From a bacterium (GTDB taxonomy: Bacteria; Hydrothermota; 32-111): 16,588 nucleotides of DNA. Where the stretch lies: positions 1 through 16,588 of the forward strand of contig JAWOBN010000092.1 in NCBI GenBank assembly GCA_046484245.1, written 5' to 3'. Below are positions 16,491 to 16,588 of this stretch, piece by piece; within the stretch, counting starts at the first letter, position 1, and each line of letters begins with the position of its first letter. The position numbers and the translations under genes are program-made. Below the pieces are notes generated by a model, which was given only the letters and a program-made list of their open reading frames with translations, was not told where the DNA came from and made no database searches.

Positions 16491-16588
16491 AGCATCTCAA
16501 TATCACACTGAAGGGTTATGTGCAGGGTGTGGGCTTCAGATTCTTCACTGTAAAGACAGCCCGCATTCCTCAGCTCCAGTTTCTCCTG
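16419..16588. repeat. Perfect 30-bp inverted repeat: 16419-16448 and 16559-16588 (fold-back at the window end)
   Basis: CAGGAGAAACTGGAGCTGAGGAATGCGGGC (16419-16448) is the exact reverse complement of GCCCGCATTCCTCAGCTCCAGTTTCTCCTG (16559-16588). Confidence 0.97.
16487..16565 (+). CDS. acyP: Acylphosphatase, N-terminal part (truncated by fold-back and window end)
   Basis: GTG start after GAGGAG with a GTGA overlap. Translates as MKHLNITLKGYVQGVGFRFFTVKTAR, containing the G.VQGVGFR signature. Not in the ORF track. Confidence 0.88.

Noticed and set aside
16419..16588. Inverted repeat as a terminator or transposon ends
   Set aside because: The arms are 110 nt apart inside coding sequence, there is no U-tract or transposase, and the repeat ends exactly at the sequence edge.

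Overview
Most of the window (810-16588) is one + strand run of bacterial housekeeping genes with almost no gaps, moderately AT-rich and with frequent AGA/AGG and ATA codons. The order is: 5'-truncated proS, a short N-domain-only rimP, nusA, infB, DUF503/ylxP, rbfA, nrnA (DHH), a WbpI/WecB-type UDP-sugar 2-epimerase, purH, a patatin-like phospholipase, a long purL with a PurS-like N-terminus, purQ, a PMM/PGM, a TIGR00725 (LOG-like) gene and a partial acyP. Both ends look artefactual. At the left, 1-675 is a GC-richer piece carrying a nadK that breaks off right after 'ADGL', and 676-~808 is a 44-codon reverse-strand fragment of a sensor histidine kinase; proS then begins mid-gene at ~810. At the right, the last 30 nt are a perfect reverse complement of 16419-16448, a fold-back. 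I found no defence system, mobile element, CRISPR array or RNA gene, and no evidence strong enough to claim a new biological system. The most interesting biological features are the half-length RimP, the PurS-PurL fusion, and the joining of translation, purine and sugar-nucleotide genes into one tightly packed unit. All family assignments come from motif recognition by eye; no database searches were run.
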